NCBI GenBank assembly: GCA_016867115.1
Contig: VGKG01000001.1
Span: forward strand, 29,237-93,236
Length of the DNA: 64,000 nucleotides
Direction: 5' to 3'
Source: Candidatus Omnitrophota bacterium
GTDB lineage: Bacteria > Omnitrophota > Gorgyraeia > Gygaellales > Profunditerraquicolaceae
Positions within the stretch are counted from its first letter, which is position 1. Each line of letters begins with the position of its first letter. The notes under the pieces are model-generated. The model was not told the origin of the DNA and made no database searches. It saw only the letters and a list, made by a program, of their open reading frames with translations. Below, piece after piece: positions 9,422 through 18,826 of the stretch. Both the position numbers and the translations under genes were made by a program.

Positions 9422-10150
9422 TCAGGGGAGAGGGCCGGGCGGGGATTCTTCTTTCCTGCCAAAGGGCGAGCCGTCTACGTGAAGCTCTATCGCCCTAAGC
9501 GAAAGCCTCCAGCAGAAAACAAGAAGACAGAGCATAAAAAGGATCCCCAGACCCGTATGAGAGAAGATAAAGAAGTCGAAGAGCCCGTGCAGCACGACGG
9601 CAAGGCCGACACCGGTGATGATATGCGTGCTTCTTGCGTCCTCATCGGAAGCGAACTTTGCCAGGCCCAGGTAATAACCCATGATCGCGCCGAAAAATGC
9701 GTGCGCCGGGACGCTGAGCATGGCGCGCATGACTCCCGTTGCCGTCGCAGCCAGGATCCCCAGGTTCAGATAGGCTCCCAGGACATACCCGATATTCTCA
9801 AAGGCCGCCAGGCCCAGGGAGACCATCACCGCATATACTATGCCGTCATAGGGCTCATCAAACTCGTCGTTGAAAAAGATGAGGAAATAAAAGACCAGGA
9901 ACTTGAAGAGCTCTTCTATCAGCCCGGCGACAAAAAAAGATTCCAGGAAGATCTTAAGTAGGTGCGACTCCACGGGGCGGATAAGGAAAGACATGATCAT
10001 TTCGGCGATCAATACGCTGATGCTGCCGAAAAACCCCCAGAGGAAGGCCTTGATCAGAAGCTGAAGCGGTTCTTTTTCGTATTTATCCTTATGATAGAAA
10101 TAGACTGCTAAGGCGATCGCAGGCGAGAGGGCAAGCAGTAAAAGATTCAT
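9422..10150 (-). CDS. prsW: PrsW-family intramembrane glutamic protease
   Basis: DKYEKEP, EE..K (IEELFK), DGIVYA, AAFEN, HA and HGLFD motifs; multiple TM helices. Confidence 0.9.
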   Translation of the reverse strand: MNLLLLALSPAIALAVYFYHKDKYEKEPLQLLIKAFLWGFFGSISVLIAEMIMSFLIRPVESHLLKIFLESFFVAGLIEELFKFLVFYFLIFFNDEFDEPYDGIVYAVMVSLGLAAFENIGYVLGAYLNLGILAATATGVMRAMLSVPAHAFFGAIMGYYLGLAKFASDEDARSTHIITGVGLAVVLHGLFDFFIFSHTGLGILFMLCLLVFCWRLSLRAIELHVDGSPFGRKEESPPGPLP

Positions 10151-10155
10151 CTCAG

Positions 10156-11418
10156 TTAAAAATATTCGTGGTAAACTTCCCTGACTCTCTGGATGGCTTT
10201 TTTCAGGGGATTCCCGCCGGCCTTGTGGATGTCTGAAACAAGGGAATCCTTATCCTCGATAGCCCTTAAGGCCATGCCAAGGCTTGTCAGATACGTCAGG
10301 TATTTTGAGCCGGAGAGCTCCGGGAGCCTGTTTTCTAACGCTACGGGCAGCGCGCTTGAGTCGCTGATGCGGCCAAGCCTGACCGGGATGTTCAGCGTAT
10401 TCTCAAGCAGCTCAATGAACCCTTCAAGAAGCACGCCGCGGCCGACGACCACAAAGTTATTCACTTCGTAAGTCGAGGCCTTCTTTTCAAGGGCTTCTTT
10501 TATCTGGAAAGAGATCTGTTTGGCTCCGGAAGTGAGTATTTCGCAGACGTCTTTCTGCCGGATCGGCCTGTAAAGATACTCCTTCTTTACCAGTATCTCC
10601 TTATCCTCTTTTATCTTCTGCGCTTCTCCGATTATGCCGTAGGAGCGCTTGATGTCTTCGGCGAGTTCCGCAGGGATCTTCAGGACTTCAGCTAACTGCA
10701 GGGTGAGATTAGCCGATCCCGCCGCAAGGATCTGGACATCCTTAAGTATGCCGTCCCTGAAAATGAGCATCTCCGTGATGTCACTCCCGATATCGCAGAA
10801 TATATTCAGGCCTGTCTTTAATTCTTTATCGAGGGCCGCCTTTGCTCCGGCCATCCCCGAGAGAGAAAGGCTCTTTATCTCGAAACCCGCCTGGGCGAAC
10901 GCGCGGCTGATGCTCTGGACCTGGGATAGTTTTGCCAGGACCAGATAGAGATCCACTTCCAGCCTGTGGCTGTAGAGGCCGACCGGATTAGAGATGTTGG
11001 ATTTGGAATCAATGGTGTAGCCGGAAGGAATCATATGAATGATCTCTTCTTCCAGGCTTGAGGCAAGGATGCGCGCCTGTTCGTTGACGCGCTGGACATC
11101 GAGCCCGGTGATCACTTTGTTGCCGCGCTCAGCCAGCGGAACGATCGCGCGGCTGTGCCTGGTGACGATCTCCTGGCCCGAGACATTGACATGGACGACT
11201 TTGATATTTACCCCGGATTTGGCCTTAAGGATCTTCACCAGCCGGTCTATAGCACTTACCAGCTCTATGGAATCGACTACCGCTCCCGCCTTTATGCCCT
11301 TTGCCAGCACCGAATCCAGAAAAAGCTCTTCGATGCGCTTCTTCCTGTATTTAGCCAGGCAGCCGGCGATCTTGCTTGTGCCGATATCGAGTGTACAGAC
11401 GTAGTTATCGTTTATCAT
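10156..11418 (-). CDS. ftsA: Cell division protein FtsA (divergent)
   Basis: LDIGTSKI, 1C-domain NPVGLY, AEDIKRSYG, C-terminal amphipathic helix; follows ftsQ. Confidence 0.88.
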   Translation of the reverse strand: MINDNYVCTLDIGTSKIAGCLAKYRKKRIEELFLDSVLAKGIKAGAVVDSIELVSAIDRLVKILKAKSGVNIKVVHVNVSGQEIVTRHSRAIVPLAERGNKVITGLDVQRVNEQARILASSLEEEIIHMIPSGYTIDSKSNISNPVGLYSHRLEVDLYLVLAKLSQVQSISRAFAQAGFEIKSLSLSGMAGAKAALDKELKTGLNIFCDIGSDITEMLIFRDGILKDVQILAAGSANLTLQLAEVLKIPAELAEDIKRSYGIIGEAQKIKEDKEILVKKEYLYRPIRQKDVCEILTSGAKQISFQIKEALEKKASTYEVNNFVVVGRGVLLEGFIELLENTLNIPVRLGRISDSSALPVALENRLPELSGSKYLTYLTSLGMALRAIEDKDSLVSDIHKAGGNPLKKAIQRVREVYHEYF

Positions 11419-12187
11419 CCCTGTTCTTTATTGTAGGGTCTTTAAAGCGCAGGTCAATATATTTTATGTTCTCCAGTTCCTGCTTATAGGCGATAAAAAG
11501 GCCGCCCAGAAAAACCACCCTCTCCTTGAGGTTCTGTCCGCTTAATTTCACCTCCAGGTCATCCGGAGCAAAGCCTGCGGAGGGAGGCTGGCCCTGAACC
11601 GGGATGGAGATGAATAACGCTATGCTCTCCGGATTATCCACGTCAATCTTCCTTATCCGGTACTCTTTAAAGACATTGTTCCTGCGCATCTCCCTGATCA
11701 GGCTTAAGGCAAGCAGCAGTTCGCGGTTCGTATATTTTGCCCCGGGCACGGGCGAAGAGATCTTTCTTTCAAGCCCGGTGATCACCGGCAGCGTCCCGTC
11801 CTGAGGCAGGAGCGCGCTGTTAAAAAGGACGGCGTTTGCATCCACTGCCAGATACCGGTTAAGCCTCACCAGCGCAAGGGGTATGCGCCTGATGAAATCC
11901 ACGAAGACCTTATCCGGCAGGAGCCTGATGAACCTGACTTCACTGCAGTCAGGCTTCTGCCGCAGGAAATAACGCGCCTCTCTTTTTAGGTCGACGCCGA
12001 AGATATTCCTTCCCTTAAGATAGCTAAGGTCCACTCCCGGCTCTTTGGTAAAGACCTCCCTGATCTTAAAATATTGGGCGTGCGTAAAAAATCTTAAGGC
12101 AAACCACGTGCCTGCCGACAGGGCCAGCAGCGCTATGACTAAAAGTACGGCTATTTTAACCGGAAACTCCGGCTTTCTTTTTTTCAT
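11405..12187 (-). CDS. ftsQ: FtsQ/DivIB-like protein
   Basis: Single TM helix, POTRA-like segment, LPVITG, C-terminal YIDLRF; lies between ddl and ftsA. Confidence 0.85.
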   Translation of the reverse strand: MKKRKPEFPVKIAVLLVIALLALSAGTWFALRFFTHAQYFKIREVFTKEPGVDLSYLKGRNIFGVDLKREARYFLRQKPDCSEVRFIRLLPDKVFVDFIRRIPLALVRLNRYLAVDANAVLFNSALLPQDGTLPVITGLERKISSPVPGAKYTNRELLLALSLIREMRRNNVFKEYRIRKIDVDNPESIALFISIPVQGQPPSAGFAPDDLEVKLSGQNLKERVVFLGGLFIAYKQELENIKYIDLRFKDPTIKNRDDKR

Positions 12188-13136
12188 ATGCGATGGCTAA
12201 AAGGCGCAGGCAAAGCCCGCCGAAATCTATTCCCGTGACCTTGGCCGCCTTCGGCAGGAGGCTGGTGGAAGTCATCCCGGGGATAGTGTTAATCTCCAAG
12301 ATATAGGGGACGGAATCGCCGCTTAAGATTATGTCTACGCGCGAACAGCCGAAACAACCAAGCAGCTTATGCGCATGAAGCGCTGCCTCCTGTGCTCTTT
12401 CCGCGTCCTTGTCGCTTAGCTTCGCCGGGACGACATATTCGGTCATCCCTGCCTGGTACTTGGCCTGAAAATCAAAGAACCCGGTCTTAGGGATAATCTC
12501 GATCACCGGAAGGGCCTTTTCTTCAAGGATCCCCACGGTCAGCTCTCTTCCGGAGATATACTCCTGGACAACAGCGCGCCCGTCATAAATAAAGGCCTCA
12601 TCCAGGGCCTGAGGCAGGTCCTCTCTTTTTTCGACGATAGAGAGCCCGATACTTGAGCCATGAGTGGCCGGCTTGATCACTAAAGGCAGTCTCAGGCCGC
12701 TGTTAAATCCCGGCCGCTTATTTTTTTCCACCACTTCAAAGCGGGGAACATCAAGCCCTGCGCGGCGAAAAATCTCTAAAGAAGCGATCTTATCCATGGC
12801 CAATCTGCTTGCCTTGACCCCCGAACCGGTATAAGGAAGGCCCAGCGACTCAAGTATCTCCTGGATCGCGCCGTCTTCGCCGAAACGGCCGTGCAGGGCC
12901 AGGAATGCGCAGTTGATCCCGTGATCCCTTAGCAACCTCTTATTTGATTCGGGGTCTTCGCTTTTAATATCGATACCCGTGACATCCAGCCCCAGGCCCT
13001 TCAGCGCCTCCTCTACCGCATGCCCGCTCTTAAGAGAGATCTCCCGCTCCGAAGAAGGCCCGCCCATCAAGACGCCGATCCTGCCAAAATCGGTTCTTTG
13101 GTTCTTTGGTTCTTTGGTTATTCGGTTTATTTCCAT
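12156..13136 (-). CDS. ddl: D-alanine--D-alanine ligase
   Basis: GGPSSEREIS, LHGRFGEDG, GSSIG, EINTIPGMT. Confidence 0.95.
   Translation of the reverse strand: MEINRITKEPKNQRTDFGRIGVLMGGPSSEREISLKSGHAVEEALKGLGLDVTGIDIKSEDPESNKRLLRDHGINCAFLALHGRFGEDGAIQEILESLGLPYTGSGVKASRLAMDKIASLEIFRRAGLDVPRFEVVEKNKRPGFNSGLRLPLVIKPATHGSSIGLSIVEKREDLPQALDEAFIYDGRAVVQEYISGRELTVGILEEKALPVIEIIPKTGFFDFQAKYQAGMTEYVVPAKLSDKDAERAQEAALHAHKLLGCFGCSRVDIILSGDSVPYILEINTIPGMTSTSLLPKAAKVTGIDFGGLCLRLLAIAYEKKKAGVSG
13092..13123. repeat. Octamer tandem repeat in the ddl N-terminal extension
   Basis: (GGTTCTTT)x3 + GGTTATTC. Confidence 0.85.
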
Positions 13137-14008
13137 ATTTTTATTTCCGGCTCCAGAACGATACCGAACTTATTCTTTACCTGTCTTCTGACTGAATTCA
13201 TCAGTTTAACTACGTCGCAGGAACTGGCGTTTCCGCAATTCAAAATAAAATTAGCATGCCTCCTGGATACCTGCGCCCGACCTATCCTCCTGCCTTTGAG
13301 ACCGCATAAATCGATCAGTCTCCCGGCGGAGCTATCTTCGGGGTTCTTGAAAATACAGCCGGCGTTGGGCAGAGCCGCATCCTGGGTACTGCGGCGCTTT
13401 CTCAGGTAATCCTGTTCGTCCTTTCTGATCACTGCTCTATCTTTCCTGGTGAGGCCAAGGGTCGCGCCGAGGATGACGTAATCGCTTAAACCCGAACTGC
13501 GGTAGCCGTAACGGATACCCTTTTTATTCAAATTTTTTATCCTGCCATTATAATCCATAACCTCGCAACTTTCCACTAAATCCATTATGCTCTTTCCGAA
13601 GCATCCGGCATTCATGGCTAAGGCTCCGCCCAGCGAACCCGGGATCCCGGATAAGAACTCAAGCCCGGATAAACCAAGAGCCCCGGCTTTGCGGATCAGC
13701 CGGCTAAGCATGATGCCGCTGCCTGCCTCTAAATCCGTTCCCGAAGGGCAGGACCTGTTAAAAAAAGGGGAGTCCAGCTTGATCACCAGGGCCTTCAGCC
13801 CTTTATCACTGACCAGGATATTACTTCCCGCTCCCAGGACATAGACCGGCAGCCGGTGCTTCTTTGCCGCCCTCACCAGTAAAGACAATTCTACGGCGTC
13901 TTTTGGGCAGGCAAACCACCTGGCCCTGCCGCCGATGCGAAAAGTCGTCTTTGACCTTAAGGGCGCGTTTGACTCAACCCTGACTTTTAAGCCTTTCTGC
14001 CAGTTCAT
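13127..14008 (-). CDS. murB: UDP-N-acetylenolpyruvoylglucosamine reductase
   Basis: TTFRIGG, GAGSN, GIPGSLGG.MNAG, AGCIFKNP, HANF, LEPE. Confidence 0.95.
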   Translation of the reverse strand: MNWQKGLKVRVESNAPLRSKTTFRIGGRARWFACPKDAVELSLLVRAAKKHRLPVYVLGAGSNILVSDKGLKALVIKLDSPFFNRSCPSGTDLEAGSGIMLSRLIRKAGALGLSGLEFLSGIPGSLGGALAMNAGCFGKSIMDLVESCEVMDYNGRIKNLNKKGIRYGYRSSGLSDYVILGATLGLTRKDRAVIRKDEQDYLRKRRSTQDAALPNAGCIFKNPEDSSAGRLIDLCGLKGRRIGRAQVSRRHANFILNCGNASSCDVVKLMNSVRRQVKNKFGIVLEPEIKIWK

Positions 14009-15350
14009 CGCTTACCTTGACAATATCGCCTGCTCCCAGAGTGATGACCAGGTCTTCATTCTTTAAGATATTAAGGATGTGGCCGGAGATCTCTTCCTTA
14101 GCCAGATACACCACCTCTTTGGCGGGATCAAACGCTTTGATCTTATCCGCAAGGGCCCTTGCGTGTACACCTTTGATCGCCGGCTCGCTTGCCGCGTAGA
14201 TATCCGTGATCACCACGTAATCCGCCAGCCCGAAACTGCGGCTGAAATCATCCATCAAAAGGTGCGTGCGGGTAAAACGGTGGGGCTGGAATACCGCAAT
14301 CATACGGCCGCGCCCCAGCCTCCTGGCTGCATTCAGGGTAGCCTTTATCTCCGTGGGATGATGCGCGTAATCGTCGATCAGAAGCAGGCCGTTATTTTTG
14401 AACTTTACTTCAAGGCGCCTGCCTGCCCCCCGGTATTCGGCAAGCGCCGCCTTGATCGCCTCAAGGTCTATCCCCAGTTCAAGGCCGACGCCCACAACAG
14501 CCAGCGCATTAGAAATATTGTGCTCTCCCGCGAGCGCAAGCCTGAATCTGGCGATGAACTTATTCCTGAGGAAACAATCGAACTCGGAACTCAAGCCTTC
14601 TATCTTTATATTATCCGGATAGATGTCCGAGCCGTGTTTTAATCCGAAAAGCAGGTATCTGTCCTTGTAGTCTGCGAGGATCTTCCTTACATTCGCATCG
14701 TCACCGCAGCCGAAGACTACGCCCCCCTCCTGCGTGCGCTCCAGGAACTTCCGGAAGGCGGCGACCTCCGAGTCAAAATCTTTATAATAATCCAGGTGCT
14801 CCCGGTCGATATTGGTGATACAGGAGTATTTCGGGCGGTAATAGAGGAACGATCCGTCGGACTCATCCGCCTCGGCGACAAAGAACGCACCGTTACCCAT
14901 GCAGGCGTTAGTGTCTATATTCTTCAGTATCCCGCCGACGGCGACAGTAGGATTGAGCCCCGCCCTTATCAGCATATAAGAGATCAGGGAGGTGGTGGTC
15001 GTCTTTCCGTGGCTGCCGGTGACCGTGATCACTGACTTCTCCTGCATCAGCTGCGCCAGCGCCTCCGCCCTCTTGATCAGGGGCAAGTTAAGTTTCCTGG
15101 CCCGGATGATCTCGGGATTATCCTCTTTGATCGCGGAGGAATAGATCACCAGGTTTGCATCCCCGATGTTTTCCTGGCGGTGGCCAAGGTATATGTCCGC
15201 GCCGAGAGCCTTGAGCTCTCCGGTGACCCTCGTCTCCTTTATGTCCGAGCCGCTCACCTTCACCCCGCAGGCAAGGAGGAGCCGCGCAATCCCGCTCATG
15301 CCGATACCGCCGATGCCGATCAGAAAATAATGTTTTTTCATGTCTATCAA
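13974..15350 (-). CDS. murC: UDP-N-acetylmuramate--L-alanine ligase
   Basis: GIGGIGMS, GSHGKTTT, EADESD, DDYAHHP. Confidence 0.96.
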   Translation of the reverse strand: MIDMKKHYFLIGIGGIGMSGIARLLLACGVKVSGSDIKETRVTGELKALGADIYLGHRQENIGDANLVIYSSAIKEDNPEIIRARKLNLPLIKRAEALAQLMQEKSVITVTGSHGKTTTTSLISYMLIRAGLNPTVAVGGILKNIDTNACMGNGAFFVAEADESDGSFLYYRPKYSCITNIDREHLDYYKDFDSEVAAFRKFLERTQEGGVVFGCGDDANVRKILADYKDRYLLFGLKHGSDIYPDNIKIEGLSSEFDCFLRNKFIARFRLALAGEHNISNALAVVGVGLELGIDLEAIKAALAEYRGAGRRLEVKFKNNGLLLIDDYAHHPTEIKATLNAARRLGRGRMIAVFQPHRFTRTHLLMDDFSRSFGLADYVVITDIYAASEPAIKGVHARALADKIKAFDPAKEVVYLAKEEISGHILNILKNEDLVITLGAGDIVKVSDELAERLKSQG

Positions 15351-16459
15351 TACCGGGCCAGCGCGATAGCCGCATTGGCTAACCTGACGCCGGAGTCTTC
15401 TATCTTCATGCCGCGATAACCTGAACGCATACTGCTAAGCGCCTGCCGGTCATCCAGAAAACCTTTCAGTTTCTCGGCAAGTATCTCCTTATCGAGGTCT
15501 GCGTCATTGATTATGCAGGCGCACCCCTTCTTCTCAAGGATGCGGGCGTTGTTCAACTGATGCTGATAGGCGTAAGGGTAGGGAATGAGGATAGCGGGGA
15601 GCGCAAATTGCATGATCTCGGTGACGGTGATCGCCCCCGAACGCGATAGGACCAGGTCGCTTGCGCTGTAGGCGTAATGCACGGGCTTAAGGAAATCGAA
15701 TACCTTGGCCGAAATGTTCAGGCCGCGGTAACTTTCCCTTACTTTCAGATAATCCTCTCTTCCGCTTAGATGGATGATCTGGAACCTGTCTTTTTGCGGG
15801 ATAGATGAGACCGCCGCAAGCAGGCCCTGATTGATGCTGCGGCTCCCCTGGCTTCCGCCCATGACCAGAAGCGTGAACTTATCCGGTTCAAGGCCGAGGA
15901 AACTAAGGGCCTCATTTTTTTCCACTCTTTTTAATTCCCGGCGGACGGGATTTCCCGTAAAAATGAGTTTATCGGGATCGATCCTTATGAAATCGCGCGT
16001 CTGGTCAAAAGAAATCGCCACCCGGTCGGCAAAGCGCATGAGCAGCCGGTTAGCCCTTCCCGGATGGACATTCTGTTCATGGATCATGGTCCTGATGCGA
16101 AAGAGCCAGGCAAAGACCAATAGCGGCACGCTGTTAATGCCGCCAAACCCCACGACCAGGTCGGGCCGGAATCCGGCCAGGAGCAGGAAGCTCATTAATG
16201 TCCCCTTAAAAAATTTAAAAAGCGCGCCGATATTCTTCCGGTTGAGCTTCGGTTTTATCGAGCATATCGGCAGATACTCTACGCGGTAGGCCTCAAGGTT
16301 TATTTTATCCTTAAGGCAGCTTGCCGGAAGGACAAGGAGCGCATCCAGGTCCTTCTCTTTTTCCCTGAGGGCCTCCAGAAAGCTCAGGGCCGGAAAGATG
16401 TGGCCTCCGCTTTCGCCGGTTGCGACGATGATCTTCAATGGCCTGTGCCTGGCGGTCAT
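15347..16459 (-). CDS. murG: Lipid II GlcNAc transferase
   Basis: SGGHIFP, HEQN..G.AN, GNPVR, GGSQG, HQ..NA. Confidence 0.95.
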   Translation of the reverse strand: MTARHRPLKIIVATGESGGHIFPALSFLEALREKEKDLDALLVLPASCLKDKINLEAYRVEYLPICSIKPKLNRKNIGALFKFFKGTLMSFLLLAGFRPDLVVGFGGINSVPLLVFAWLFRIRTMIHEQNVHPGRANRLLMRFADRVAISFDQTRDFIRIDPDKLIFTGNPVRRELKRVEKNEALSFLGLEPDKFTLLVMGGSQGSRSINQGLLAAVSSIPQKDRFQIIHLSGREDYLKVRESYRGLNISAKVFDFLKPVHYAYSASDLVLSRSGAITVTEIMQFALPAILIPYPYAYQHQLNNARILEKKGCACIINDADLDKEILAEKLKGFLDDRQALSSMRSGYRGMKIEDSGVRLANAAIALARY

Positions 16460-16460
16460 T

Positions 16461-17555
16461 CTACGGATATTCTCCTGTGCGGGCGATATTGATCAGAAAC
16501 CCCACGCTGATCAGGTCAAAGATAAATGACGAGCCGCCGTAGCTGATAAAGGGCAGCGGCAGGCCCTTTGTCGGGAGCATCCCGCAGGAGACCCCGATAT
16601 TGATCACAGCCTTCAATGCGATCATCAACACAAGGCCCAGAGCCAGAAAATAACTGAACTTGTCCGGCGCGTTCTTGATGATCTTTAATCCCTGCAGGAT
16701 GAAGACGATAAAAAGGATGACTACGGCGGTCGTACCGATCAGGCCCAGCTCCTCTCCGATGATGGAGAAGATGAAATCGGTGTGCCCCGCAGGAAGATAA
16801 AACAGCTTCTGCCGTGAATGGCCCAGCCCCACGCCGAAGAGCCCGCCTGAACCCAGGGCGATCTGCGACTGGATGATCTGAAAACCGCTTCCCCGCGGGT
16901 CAGCCCAGGGATTCAAGAAAGCCAGGATCCGCGCCCGGCGGTAAGGTACGCGGAAGATCAACAGGTACAGCGCAGGCAGGCTCCCCAAGACCACAGAGCC
17001 CAGATACGCCGTCCTTGTGCCGGCTACAAAGAGCATGATGAAAACTACGCTGCCGATAGCTATCGTCGTGCCCAGGTCCGGCTGCATCAGGATCAGGAGG
17101 CAGGTGCATCCGAGGACCGCTACCGGAGGGAGGAACCCTTTGAGAAAATCCCTCATCCGCTCGCCCCTGCGGCTGATAAAATCCGCGACATAGACGATCA
17201 CCGCAAGGTTAGCCAGCTCCGACGGCTGGAAACTGATGAACTTGAAACGGAACCATCGCCGCGCGCCGGAGACCTCCCTTCCTATACCCGGGATCAGGAC
17301 CAATACCAGCAGCAGAAGCGAGACCATAAGCAGGGGCTTGGCATAGCGGCGCAGTTTCTGATAATCGACGGTCATGGCCGCAAACATAAGCAGGATGCCG
17401 ATGGCCAGAAAACTTAAGTGCCGCTTCAGGAAGAACAGGGAATCCTTGTATCTCTCCCAGGCATAGATGCTGGAAGCGCTGTAGATCATCACGATACCGA
17501 TACAGACCAAAATGACAGTGACGGTAAAAATATTTATGCGGGTCTCTCTGATCAT
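16461..17555 (-). CDS. ftsW: SEDS peptidoglycan polymerase FtsW
   Basis: GARRW, FQPSE, QPDLG, HTDFIF, KGLPLPFISYGGSS. Confidence 0.95.
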   Translation of the reverse strand: MIRETRINIFTVTVILVCIGIVMIYSASSIYAWERYKDSLFFLKRHLSFLAIGILLMFAAMTVDYQKLRRYAKPLLMVSLLLLVLVLIPGIGREVSGARRWFRFKFISFQPSELANLAVIVYVADFISRRGERMRDFLKGFLPPVAVLGCTCLLILMQPDLGTTIAIGSVVFIMLFVAGTRTAYLGSVVLGSLPALYLLIFRVPYRRARILAFLNPWADPRGSGFQIIQSQIALGSGGLFGVGLGHSRQKLFYLPAGHTDFIFSIIGEELGLIGTTAVVILFIVFILQGLKIIKNAPDKFSYFLALGLVLMIALKAVINIGVSCGMLPTKGLPLPFISYGGSSFIFDLISVGFLINIARTGEYP

Positions 17556-18826
17556 CTCTTGCTCACGGAATCAGCCAACGCCAGGACCGCCTGCCTAAAA
17601 GCCTCTCCCCTCTCTTCGTAATCAGAGAACATATCGAAACTTGAACACATCGGCGAAAGCAGGACCGTATCTCCGGGAGAAGCCAGGGAATATGCCCTTG
17701 AAACTGCCGCCTGCATATCTTCGGCGTCTTCTAACGGCAGGGCGCCTGAGAGGGCACGGCGGATCTTGTCTTTGGCCTCTCCGATCAGGACCGCGTACTT
17801 CACCTTTTTTCCGGCGGCCCCCAGGATCATGCTGTAGTCTACGCCCTTATCCCTACCCCCTGCGATCAGGACTACGCCGGAGGGGATATTCTTGATCGCC
17901 CAGGCCGTGGATTCGGCGACCGTGGCCTTGGAATCATTGACGAACTTGACATCGTTCAATGTAGCAACGTACTCCATCCTGTGCTTCAACCCTTTGAAAT
18001 CAGCGAAGACTTTCCGGCAGATTCCGCTATCTATCCCGATGATACCCGCCACGCTGGCCACCGCTGCCTGGTTGGGATTAAAAGATGCATTCTCACTGAA
18101 ATAGACGACTTTTGATCTTGCCTGGCGCGATAGCCCTTTCAAGGCAGGATCGCGTTCATTCAGGACCAGATAATCCGCAGCATCCTGATTCATAAAGATG
18201 CGCATCTTTGCCTCGAGGTATTCCTGCATATCCTTGTGCCGGTCAAGGTGATTGCGGTTAAAATTGAGCATCAGTGCGATCTTCGGCTTAAAAGCGGCGA
18301 TGCGTTCAAGCTGGAAGGAACTTGCCTCAAGCACCGCGTAATCGCCTGTTTGCATCTTCGGGACTTCCTGGGCAAAAGGCGTACCGATATTACCGCAGAC
18401 ATATGCTCTCCTGCCGCCTGTCTTAAGCACCTCGCCGATCAGGGTAGTCACGGTAGTCTTTCCGGTAGAACCCGTCACCGCGATCACCTCTGCCGGGCAG
18501 AGCATCCAGGCAAACTCTATCTCGCTGATCACCGGTATCGACTCTTCTTCTGCCCGGGCGATCACCGGGCTGTTGTTCGCAACACCCGGAGATACAATCA
18601 AAAGGTCTGCCCCGCGGATAAAATCCCGGGTGTGCCCGCCGACCTCGCTGGCAATGCTTTTTGACTTAAGGCGGGCGATGTTTCTGCGGATTGCCTCATT
18701 ATCCTGATTATCGCTGATGCGCACCCTCGCGCCAAGATCAAATAACAGGTTTGCGCAGGCAAGTCCTGAGCGCGCAAGACCTACTACCGTAACTGACTTA
18801 TCCTTGAAATATCCCGGATTTCTCAT
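17552..18826 (-). CDS. murD: UDP-MurNAc-L-Ala--D-Glu ligase
   Basis: GLARSG, VSPG, GKTTVT, SSFQL, HLDRH, NDSKAT. Confidence 0.95.
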   Translation of the reverse strand: MRNPGYFKDKSVTVVGLARSGLACANLLFDLGARVRISDNQDNEAIRRNIARLKSKSIASEVGGHTRDFIRGADLLIVSPGVANNSPVIARAEEESIPVISEIEFAWMLCPAEVIAVTGSTGKTTVTTLIGEVLKTGGRRAYVCGNIGTPFAQEVPKMQTGDYAVLEASSFQLERIAAFKPKIALMLNFNRNHLDRHKDMQEYLEAKMRIFMNQDAADYLVLNERDPALKGLSRQARSKVVYFSENASFNPNQAAVASVAGIIGIDSGICRKVFADFKGLKHRMEYVATLNDVKFVNDSKATVAESTAWAIKNIPSGVVLIAGGRDKGVDYSMILGAAGKKVKYAVLIGEAKDKIRRALSGALPLEDAEDMQAAVSRAYSLASPGDTVLLSPMCSSFDMFSDYEERGEAFRQAVLALADSVSKR

